This document shows positions 49,563 through 57,799 of a stretch of DNA of 64,000 nucleotides, one piece after another (position 1 is the stretch's first letter; every line of letters begins with the position of its first letter). Below the pieces are notes generated by a model, which saw nothing but the letters and a program-made list of their open reading frames with translations, was not told where the DNA came from and did not search any database. This DNA comes from Candidatus Aldehydirespirator sp. (GTDB lineage Bacteria; Actinomycetota; Acidimicrobiia; Acidimicrobiales; Aldehydirespiratoraceae), in assembly GCA_965205155.1 (NCBI GenBank), contig OZ242033.1:84688-148687 (forward strand), in the 5' to 3' direction. Made by a program: the position numbers and the translations under genes.

Positions 49563-52500
49563 GTGATCCGTGTCGTGGTTGCGGCCCTGGTGGCTGCGTT
49601 GGCGGTCGTCGGGTTGGCGCCGGTGGCGGGCGCCCAGGAGGACGGCGGGGACACGGCGGGCGGGTTCGCCGACGTGACCGGGGGCGTGCACAAGCCGGCC
49701 ATCGACGCGCTCAACGCCCTCGGCGTGTTCGACGGCACCGAGTGCGCCGAGAACATGTTCTGCCCCGGCGACGAGATGAAGCGCTGGACGATGGCGGTGT
49801 GGCTGGTGCGGGTCCTCGACAAGGCCGAGCCGCCCGCCGTCACCGAGTCCAGCTTCGCCGACGTGGACGCCGCCAACCGCTGGCTCCCCCACATCGAGCG
49901 CCTGGCCGAGCTCGAGATCACCAAGGGCTGCCTGGTCGACCCGCTGCGGTTCTGCCCCGACCGGTCCGTGAACCGGGCCGAGACAGCCAGCTTCCTGGCC
50001 CGGGCCCTCGACCTCGAGCCCGCGCCCCCTGCCGGCTTCACCGACACGCAGGGCAACGCCCACGAGGCCAACATCGACGCCCTGGCCGCGGCCCGCATCA
50101 CCGCCGGCTGCCAGGGCGACCCACCGCGCTACTGCCCGGACCCGCCGGTCAACCGGGCCGAGATGGCGACATTCCTGGCCCGGGCCCTAGGCCTCGTCCC
50201 CAAGCCAGAACCGCCCGCAGAACCGCCCGCAGACCCACAACCACTCCCAGGCGAAGGCGTCCACGTCACCGCCGGCCGGGCCAACTGGTCCTCGGGCTAC
50301 TTCCAGGCGGAGCTGTACAAGCTGCTGCTGGAGGAACTCGGCTACACCGTGTCGGACCCGGCCCACCGGGAGCTCGGGCCCGAAAACGCCTACATCGCCA
50401 TGGCCCAGGGCGACATCGACTACTGGCCCAACAGCTGGTATCCGGGCCACCTGGCATGGCACTTCGGCGAGCTGCCCGACGGCTCGCTGGTGGGAGACCA
50501 CATCAGCATCGTGGGCGAGGAGATGCTGGCGGGCGGCCTGCAGGGCTTCCTGATCGACAGAGCCTTCGCCGACACTCACGGCGTGTACACGATGGACGAA
50601 CTCAACCGCAATGCCGAAGCACTAGCCGCGTTCGACGCGACCGACCCCGTTCCCGGCAACGGCATCGCCGACATCTTCGGCTGTCCCGAGTCCTGGACCT
50701 GCTACAGCATCATCGAGAACCAGATCGCCTTCGGCGGCTGGGACAACATCGCCCAGATCAGCGCCGGCTACGACGCCATGTTCGCCCAGGCGGTCGACAG
50801 CGTCGACGAGGGCATCCCGATGGTGGCCTACGCGTGGACCCCGTCGACGTACATCACCGTGCTGCGCCCCGGCGACAACGTGTACTGGCTGGGTGTGGAC
50901 GAGATCCTCGACGACTCCAACCCGGCCAACCAGGAAGGCGGCGAGGCGCACAGCCAGCGCACCGCCGACGGCACCGGCGGCTACGCGTCCGTCGGCGCCG
51001 ACCAGTGCCCGTCGGCCGCCGACCAGCCCAACGGCCTGTGCAAGATCGGCTGGATCGCGGCCGACATCCAAGTGACCGCCAACAACGACTTCCTGGCGGC
51101 CAACCCGGCGGCCGAAGCGCTGTTCGAGGCGGTCAAGCTGCCGGTCCTCGACGTGTCGATAGCCAACGTGGCCGTCTTCGGGGGCCAGAGCCCCACCAAC
51201 CTGGCCGCCCAGTGGATCGCCGACAACCGCGCCCTGGCCGACGAGTGGCTGACCGCAGCCCTGGGCCACCCGCCCGCCCGGGTCGACGAGCCCGGCCAGG
51301 ACGACGAACCCGGCCAGGACGACGAACCCGGCCAGGACGACGAACCCGGCCAAGACCAAGACCCGCCCACCACCGCAACCACAGCGAATACCGCCGCCTG
51401 CCGGCCCCGGGGCACGCCGTTCACCACGGCCGGGTTCCCGCTGCCCGAGGATGCCGCGCCGTCGATCGGCACGATGCGGGTGGCGGTGCTGTTCATGGAC
51501 TTCCCCGACGTCCGGGCCACCTACACCACCCGGGACGAGGCCGCCCTCGGGCTGCCGTACGCGGAGGAGTACCTGGAGGCGGCCAGCTACGGGCGCATCG
51601 ACGTCGAGTTCGTTCCCCTCCACGGATGGCTGCGGGCCGAGCTCAGCTTCGAGGACTACCTCCTGGAGTACGCCATCGGCGAGTCCCGGGTCACCCCCAG
51701 CGCCGAATCGATCCGGCTGGCCGACCCCTCCTTCGACTTCACCGGGATCCACGCCGTGATGACCGTGCTGCCGAGCTCGTGGTTCCAGGCGGGAAACCAC
51801 ACCTTCGGGCTGGTGCACGCCGACGAGCAGGCGATCAGGCTGATGGCCGAGGTCAACACGGCCGCTCTCGACGAGCCCCGCGACCCCGCACCGTGGGGTC
51901 CGGTGGCGGCGCACGAGCTGGCCCACAGCCTGGGGCTGTCGGACCTCTACCCCTACGACGCCACCCGCCACGAGCTGCCGGATGCGCCGCAGGGAAGGGC
52001 ATGGGTGCGCAGCGAGTTCGGTCTCATGGGCCTGTACACGTCCTTTGTGGCCCATCCCGACGACCGCCGCATCGAGATCACCGGTAGCCGCCCCTTCGGT
52101 CGGCGGCTCACCGGCCACACCTCCCACCTGAGGGCGGCCGAGATGCTGGCCTGGAGCCGCTGGCAGCTGGGGTGGCTCGACGAGTCGCAGGTGCTGTGCC
52201 TCACCGCCGACCGGTCGAGGGTGGTGCTGAGCCCGGTGGCCGAGCCGGGCGATGCGCCCGTCATGGCCGCGGTGCCGCTGTCGGACACCGAGGTGCTCGT
52301 GGCCGAGGTCCGGGTCAAGGTCGGCTACGACGCCGGGCGGGAGAGACCCCACGACGACGGCGCTGTCATCACGGTCCCGGCTCTGGCGACCGAGGGGCTA
52401 TTGGTGTACACCGTGGACGCTTCGCTGGGCTCGGGCCAGTTGCCCCTCAGGATCGCGGGCGATGCCGGCAACGGCCAGGTTGACGACTACCCGATCCTCA

Positions 52501-52604
52501 AGCGGGGCGACCAGGTGGTGGTGCGGGGCTACACCGTCACGTTCGTGTCGGACAGGGGCGGCAACTTCATAGTGGCGGTCTCCAAGACCGCCGGTAGTGC
52601 ATGA
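49563..52604 (+). CDS. Secreted multidomain protein: SLH repeats, glycine-betaine ABC-type binding domain and M6-like metalloprotease
   Basis: Signal peptide; FADV/FTDT SLH units; NWSSGYFQA...YWPNSW (ProX/OpuAC-like); LFMDFPD, HELAHSLGLSDLY and WSRWQLGW. Confidence 0.8.
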   Translation: MIRVVVAALVAALAVVGLAPVAGAQEDGGDTAGGFADVTGGVHKPAIDALNALGVFDGTECAENMFCPGDEMKRWTMAVWLVRVLDKAEPPAVTESSFADVDAANRWLPHIERLAELEITKGCLVDPLRFCPDRSVNRAETASFLARALDLEPAPPAGFTDTQGNAHEANIDALAAARITAGCQGDPPRYCPDPPVNRAEMATFLARALGLVPKPEPPAEPPADPQPLPGEGVHVTAGRANWSSGYFQAELYKLLLEELGYTVSDPAHRELGPENAYIAMAQGDIDYWPNSWYPGHLAWHFGELPDGSLVGDHISIVGEEMLAGGLQGFLIDRAFADTHGVYTMDELNRNAEALAAFDATDPVPGNGIADIFGCPESWTCYSIIENQIAFGGWDNIAQISAGYDAMFAQAVDSVDEGIPMVAYAWTPSTYITVLRPGDNVYWLGVDEILDDSNPANQEGGEAHSQRTADGTGGYASVGADQCPSAADQPNGLCKIGWIAADIQVTANNDFLAANPAAEALFEAVKLPVLDVSIANVAVFGGQSPTNLAAQWIADNRALADEWLTAALGHPPARVDEPGQDDEPGQDDEPGQDDEPGQDQDPPTTATTANTAACRPRGTPFTTAGFPLPEDAAPSIGTMRVAVLFMDFPDVRATYTTRDEAALGLPYAEEYLEAASYGRIDVEFVPLHGWLRAELSFEDYLLEYAIGESRVTPSAESIRLADPSFDFTGIHAVMTVLPSSWFQAGNHTFGLVHADEQAIRLMAEVNTAALDEPRDPAPWGPVAAHELAHSLGLSDLYPYDATRHELPDAPQGRAWVRSEFGLMGLYTSFVAHPDDRRIEITGSRPFGRRLTGHTSHLRAAEMLAWSRWQLGWLDESQVLCLTADRSRVVLSPVAEPGDAPVMAAVPLSDTEVLVAEVRVKVGYDAGRERPHDDGAVITVPALATEGLLVYTVDASLGSGQLPLRIAGDAGNGQVDDYPILKRGDQVVVRGYTVTFVSDRGGNFIVAVSKTAGSA
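51286..51358 (+). repeat. 18-bp x4 linker repeat (DEPGQD)
   Basis: gacga(g/a)cccggcca(g/a) repeated in frame. Confidence 0.85.
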
Positions 52605-52655
52605 CGCTCGACTATGGCTATGACGGAGGAATGATCCACAGAGTTCGTATGTGAA

Positions 52656-52757
52656 TCAGCCCATGTGACGGCCCTCAGTCGATCAGGCCCTCAGCCCATG
52701 TGACGGCCCTCAGTCGATCAGGCCCTCAGTCGATCAGGCCCTCAGTCGATCAGGCCC
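52656..52757 (-). repeat. Composite repeat A-B-A-B-B-B (19-bp A, 16-bp B) copying the 3' end of the LuxR-type gene
   Basis: A=tcagcccatgtgacggccc (52656, 52691); B=tcagtcgatcaggccc (52675, 52710, 52726, 52742). Confidence 0.9.
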
Positions 52758-53470
52758 TCAGCGGTCGCCTTGTGCACCCCGGCCGCTCGGCCCGACACTC
52801 CGAGCTTGTCCCAGAGCTTGGCCAGTTCCCGGTACATCGAGCGCTCCGAGAAGCCCATCTCGGATGCCACGTCCGCGATCGCCGCCCCGGATGCGAGCCT
52901 CTCCAGCATCAGCAGCTCGGAGGGCTCCAGGGATCGAGGCACCTCAGCATCAAAGTACCGCTTCACTGCGACGCAGGCGTTCTTCAGCCTGCGAGTGCCG
53001 TCCTGGGTGGTCAGCCCGGCCAGGGCGTCCCAGTGGACCACCCTCGGAATCGAAATATTGGTCATCAGATCCGGAGTCACTGCCAGCCCTGATCGCTGCG
53101 TCCGCGGCTCGCCGGACGCCAGCCATTCCTCGATGGAATCGGCGGCCTCGTGCATGTAGGCGGTGATGATCGCCCAGTCCTCGGCCAGGTCCGAGGGAAT
53201 CAGGCGGCCGGCCATGGCGCGCTCGCTGTCGCGGAACAGCCTCGCCATGTCACGCTGGTACGTCCACGGCAGGGACTCGCTGTAGACGCGCACGGCCTCG
53301 CGGTGGTATTCGGCCGTCCAGGGCTCGCGGTGGGGACCCTCCGGCACCCCGAACCGGTAGGCCTCCAGCATGGCGCCGGCGCCCCCCACCAAGCGACCGC
53401 AAGCAAGACGGACCCGCGCGAGTTCAAGACCTTCGCTCGGTTCAGCGCCCACCGCGCCTACATTACCCAT
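52742..53470 (-). CDS. LuxR-type HTH transcriptional regulator with an uncharacterised N-terminal domain
   Basis: C-terminal LLMLERLASGAAIADVASEMGFSERSMYRELAKLWDKLGV. Confidence 0.75.
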   Translation of the reverse strand: MGNVGAVGAEPSEGLELARVRLACGRLVGGAGAMLEAYRFGVPEGPHREPWTAEYHREAVRVYSESLPWTYQRDMARLFRDSERAMAGRLIPSDLAEDWAIITAYMHEAADSIEEWLASGEPRTQRSGLAVTPDLMTNISIPRVVHWDALAGLTTQDGTRRLKNACVAVKRYFDAEVPRSLEPSELLMLERLASGAAIADVASEMGFSERSMYRELAKLWDKLGVSGRAAGVHKATAEGLID

Positions 53471-53585
53471 CACCGACTCGACCTGCCCGGGGGAAGCACC
53501 ACAGCCTGCCCGGGGAAGCACCACCGCGGCGAACACGGGTCGCGCCCGGCCTGATGTGCCGGTCCGGGGCGCTCCGGCACGACTC

Positions 53586-53623
53586 TGGCAGGACTCTGCC
53601 AGCAATTTGGCAGAGTCCTGCCA
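53586..53623. promoter_or_regulatory. Perfect 16-bp inverted repeat made of nested TGGCAG-N4-CTGCCA boxes
   Basis: tggcaggactctgcca-gcaatt-tggcagagtcctgcca; extra tggcag near 53640 and 53649. Confidence 0.7.
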
Positions 53624-53758
53624 CGACCGGGCCGGATTTGGCAGAGATTGGCAGACATGGCCCGTGCCGGCGGTGCCAAGCTCAGTATGTCGATCAGCCG
53701 CCGGTGGCCGCCAGCGATGGGGGCACCGGCCAACGAGAGGAAAGAAAAAGGAGATGAC

Positions 53759-53896
53759 ATGTCCGACTCCCCGACCAGTCACACCAAGAGCCGCAGGCGC
53801 TTCGCGGCCATGAGTTGGCTCGCCATAGTCGCGGCGGCAACGGCCACAGCCGTGCTGGCGGTGCCGCGGTACCGCCGCAACCACCGCGCGGTCTGA
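53759..53896 (+). CDS. Small hydrophobic peptide (45 aa)
   Basis: AAGGAG RBS, basic RRR, TM-like WLAIVAAATATAVLAV, basic tail. Confidence 0.5.
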   Translation: MSDSPTSHTKSRRRFAAMSWLAIVAAATATAVLAVPRYRRNHRAV

Positions 53897-54075
53897 CGAC
53901 CGCCGGAACGGTGACCCTCACCGCCGAAACCCACGGCCGGATCCCCCACGGCCGGACTGGGCCTGGATCGCTCGTCGCGCCACAAGGCGGCGACCCGGCC
54001 CGCACCGCCGAAGGCGACACGTCCCCAGCGTCCTGCGGACCGACAACCCGACGGACCGCATCGGCCGACCCGGAC

Positions 54076-54234
54076 GTGAGTCTCGGCTCCCTGGGATGGC
54101 TCGCGGTGCTGCTCGTCGCAGTGCTCCTGACGGTTCTAGCCCACGCCGCCAACGTACGCGCTGGCGAGGGCGAGCACCGCGAGTCATCCCTGCTAACGGA
54201 CCCGGCCTACGTGATCGCGGAGTTGTCGGAGTAG
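54076..54234 (+). CDS. Small secreted or membrane peptide (start uncertain)
   Basis: Hydrophobic LGWLAVLLVAVLLTVLAHAA, then a polar tail; ORF extends upstream to 53815. Confidence 0.4.
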   Translation: MSLGSLGWLAVLLVAVLLTVLAHAANVRAGEGEHRESSLLTDPAYVIAELSE

Positions 54235-54315
54235 GAGCCCCGGCCGTACGGCTCCCGCCGGCGAAATCGAGACATCCATCCCTTCTCGATCGTTTGATTC
54301 ACGGTGGTTGCAGGC

Positions 54316-55641
54316 TCAGGTGCCTAGTCGTCTGAGCCGCCGCGCGGCGGCCCGGACCATCCGCAGGATGTCCCGGTCGAGCAGGAGGCCGGCCGACAGC
54401 CGGCGCCCGGCGTTGTTGAGCGAGCCGACCGCGAACAGCTTCTTCATCTTGCTGAACCCGCCCAGGTCGGCCTCGAAGCGCCCGTTGATGGCGAGGGTGT
54501 CGAATCCCCATTCGTGCCTCAGCAGGTAGTCGAGGCTGCTCGAGTGCATCCGGACGTCGGGGTTCGCCACCGGGCCGATGCGCTGGAGGCCGTGCTCCAG
54601 CGAGAAGCGGTACGCCGCGTCGAGGTCGCGGGCGAAGACGGTGATCGGCCGCAGCAGTCCAGCCAGCGGAGCCCGCCGCACCAGCGCCAGCAGGGCGACG
54701 CTGTTGCGGGCGCGGATCCGGTCGACGTACGCCCGGCCGGCCTCGAGCAGGGTCGGCTCCTCGATGGTGCGGGAGGTGAGGTAGCTCTTGGCGGCGAAGT
54801 CGTAGTGACTGCGGTACCGCTCCATGGCGGCGTCGTTGGTCCAGGGGTCGCCCGGCGTCCAGGTGTCGCCGGGATACATGACGACGGGCTCCGATCCGGC
54901 GTCCTGTATGGCGGCTGCCGCGTCCTCGGGCCGGTTGATGCTGTCGTTGCTGTGCCGGTTCTCCTGGTGCGAGAAGTATGAGAAGCTCGCGAACGGCACG
55001 GTCCAGCGGGGCTCCAGCACCCGGATCTGGTCCTGCATGGCTTGCAGCTTCGCGCCGGCGGCCGCCCGTCTCATGGCGGTGTCGCCGGGGCCTCCCTTCC
55101 AGCCGGCGTAGCTGAACTGGGTGAACAGCACGTCGACGGGTCCCACGGCCCTCCTGATGTGCTCCAGGGCCCGGCCGTCCACCGCGCAGTCGTTGATGTT
55201 CATGACCTTGAACCCGGCGCAGTCGTAGAGGATCCAGGAGTCGTACAGCGGAACGAGGCCGCAGACTGTTTCGAGGCCGTCCTCCAGCGTGACCCGTTCC
55301 ATGTGCCGGAGCTCGCGGGTCTTGAATCCGGTCTCCGCGCAGAAGTCGAGGACCTTGCGATCCTTGGTCTGCTGGAACAGGACGGTGGTGTCGCGGCGAA
55401 TGGCCTCGGGCACGCGGCGCAGCACTGCGGGCGAGAAGTGGTCGGGATGCTCGTGCGATATCCAGATGTAGTCGATCTCAGCGAACCGCTCCAGGTCGAA
55501 GCCGGAGTCGCACAGCAGGCTCCAACCGTCGTTGAACGCCGCCCCGAACAGCCAGGGGTCGTGGATGATCCTGCTCCCCGCCGACTCGAGCACGAACGAG
55601 GCGTGATTGACGAACTCGATAGCGGGCCGGCTGCGCTGCAT
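54316..55641 (-). CDS. MBL-fold metallo-hydrolase (UlaG / CMP-Neu5Ac hydroxylase-like)
   Basis: NHAS, DPWL.G.AFNDGW, ISHEHPDH, NINDC, QFSYAGW and PFAS. Confidence 0.75.
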   Translation of the reverse strand: MQRSRPAIEFVNHASFVLESAGSRIIHDPWLFGAAFNDGWSLLCDSGFDLERFAEIDYIWISHEHPDHFSPAVLRRVPEAIRRDTTVLFQQTKDRKVLDFCAETGFKTRELRHMERVTLEDGLETVCGLVPLYDSWILYDCAGFKVMNINDCAVDGRALEHIRRAVGPVDVLFTQFSYAGWKGGPGDTAMRRAAAGAKLQAMQDQIRVLEPRWTVPFASFSYFSHQENRHSNDSINRPEDAAAAIQDAGSEPVVMYPGDTWTPGDPWTNDAAMERYRSHYDFAAKSYLTSRTIEEPTLLEAGRAYVDRIRARNSVALLALVRRAPLAGLLRPITVFARDLDAAYRFSLEHGLQRIGPVANPDVRMHSSSLDYLLRHEWGFDTLAINGRFEADLGGFSKMKKLFAVGSLNNAGRRLSAGLLLDRDILRMVRAAARRLRRLGT

Positions 55642-55756
55642 CTTGATCGCCCTTCGGATCGGTCGGCTGCCACCAGTTGCCAACCGCCCGACCTTAGCCA
55701 ACCACCTGCCCGCATGGTCCCATCACCCGAAGCGGAGTGTTCCTCGCTGTTTGCGA

Positions 55757-56041
55757 CTAGACGGAAGCTTCCAGGCGCTCGATCCGTTCTTCGTGGTTCT
55801 CCAGTTCACCCAGGATCCCATTGACGGTCTCGATGAGCGTCTTCTGGTTCGCCTCCAACCTGTCGAAGCGCTCGTTTGTCTCGTCGCGCAACTCTTTCAC
55901 GGACGCGGCCAACTCGCTCACGGACTCGGCCAACTCGCTCACGGACGCGGCCACCTCTTTCACAGACGCGGCCACCTCTCTCACGGACGCGGCCACCGCG
56001 TCCAACAGCTCGTAGATCGAGGCGAGTGTGTATTCCTCCAC
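55757..56041 (-). CDS. Short heptad-repeat coiled-coil protein
   Basis: AAGGAGG RBS plus GTG; VAASVRE/VAASVKE/LAESVSE heptads from a 21-bp repeat (about 55892-55996). Confidence 0.65.
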   Translation of the reverse strand: MEEYTLASIYELLDAVAASVREVAASVKEVAASVSELAESVSELAASVKELRDETNERFDRLEANQKTLIETVNGILGELENHEERIERLEASV

Positions 56042-56233
56042 GGCAGTTCCTCCTTGTTCCAGCATATCGGAAGATGATGTTAGTGATAAATACCTGCATT
56101 TCATACATTATCGGGGGAAGCGCCCGGCCGGCGGCGTGGGACGAGCCGAGAGGATTTGCACTTCACAGCCGTGACATGGGCAATATGACACGCCAAGATG
56201 TCCTGCTTGCACATTGTCGAAGGGAACCGAACG

Positions 56234-57367
56234 TTGGGCAAGTTGACCGTTGCATCCGTCCGGACGCTCAGCAAGCCGGGCAAGTACTACGACCAGCACG
56301 GGCTGATCCTGCGGGTCGCGCCCGGAGGGTCCAAGCAGTGGATCTGGCGGGGCACCATCCGGGGCCGGCGCCGCGACATCGGGCTGGGAGCGGTGGCGTA
56401 CACCACGCTGGCGGAGGCCCGCGACATCGCCTACCGGTACCGCAAGCTGGCCCGAGCCGGGATCGACCCGACGTCCACGCAGCCCGACTATCTCGTCCCG
56501 ACCTTCGCGGAGGCGGTGGAGCAGGTCATCGAGGCGTACCGTCCCGGCTGGAAGGACACCGGCCGCTCCGAGGAGAACTGGCGGTCGTCGCTGAGGCGCT
56601 ACGTCTATCCCGCTCTCGGGTCCACCCCGGTCGATCTGATCACCACGGCCGACCTGGTGCGGGTGCTGCTGCCCGTCTGGCACACCAAGGCCGAGACGGC
56701 TCGCAAGCTCAAGACCCGCCTCGGGGTGGTGATGCGCTGGAGCATCGCCGCCGGCTACCGCACCGACGACCCCGCCGGCCCGGCCCTGGCGGCGGCGCTG
56801 CCCCGCCGCACCGTCCCGACCAACCACCTCGCCAGCCTGCCCCCTCCTGAGGTCTCCGCGGCCCTCTCGAAGCTCGAGGCGCTGCCGCGGGTGTGGCCGC
56901 CCACGGTGGCGTGCCTGAGGTTCCTCGCCGCCACCGCGGCCCGCTCGGGTGAGGCCCGGTTCGCCACCTGGGACGAGATCGACCTCGGGGCCCGGACCTG
57001 GACGGTGCCCGCTGAGCGCACCAAGACCGGCCGCGAGCATGTGGTGCCGCTGTCGTCGGCGGCGCTCGAGGCCCTCGACGTGGCCCGCCTCTTCACCGCC
57101 GGCTCCGCCGGGCCGGTGTTCGCCTCGCGCGCCGGCAAGGCGCTGAGCAACGGTGCCATGTCGAAGCTCACGCGGCCCTACGGGTACACGCCCCACGGGC
57201 TGCGGGCCTCGTTCCGGTCGTGGGCGGCCGAGACCGGCGTCCCCCGGGAGGTCGCCGAGGCCGCGCTGGCCCACTCGGCCGGATCTCTGGCGCGCGCCTA
57301 CCAGCGCTCCGATCTGCTGGCCGCCCGCCGGAAGGTCATGGAGGCCTGGGGCCGCTACATCACCTAG
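56234..57367 (+). mobile_element. P4-like tyrosine integrase with Arm-DNA-binding domain
   Basis: KLTVASVRTLSKPGKYYDQHGLILRV...KQW; catalytic ARSGE, HGLR, LAH and AY. Confidence 0.9.
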
Positions 57368-57799
57368 CCGGCGGTGCCACCGTGTCGGCCACGGTCAAGC
57401 CTCAGCCCGGACGTGACAGCCGCCACAACGAAGGTCGCCATGCGCACAACGCCACCACCCGGTGTCAAGTGCCAGACCCATGGAAAAACTGCACGTCAAA
57501 TGGCCTTTTTCGGCACGCTTGCAGCTGCGCCCATGTAGAGATTCGCCATCGGCGTAGTGAGGCCCACCCCATGCCACTGGAACAGCCGCGGCGACACCAG
57601 CCTCGCGTGGTAGGCCGCCGAATCCGGCTTCGGCACCATCCCGTAAAACCCCCAGAATCTTCTTCAGAACTCGGGCGTAGCACAGCGACATCGCTCCAGC
57701 GCGAATTGAGGGACAAGCCGGGGGCAAGTGGCTCTTTAGGGACCCGTGCACCCCCTCTGACCTGTACTTATTGCGGCAGGATGCCGCTCGGGTTGGGCA

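Noticed and set aside
52656-52757. Possible CRISPR array
   Set aside because: Units are 16-19 bp, abut without unique spacers and derive from the adjacent gene end; no cas genes are in the window.
56104-57780. tRNA or tmRNA integration site near the integrase
   Set aside because: No cloverleaf, T-arm (GTTCGAA) or CCA-type signature was recognised on either flank.
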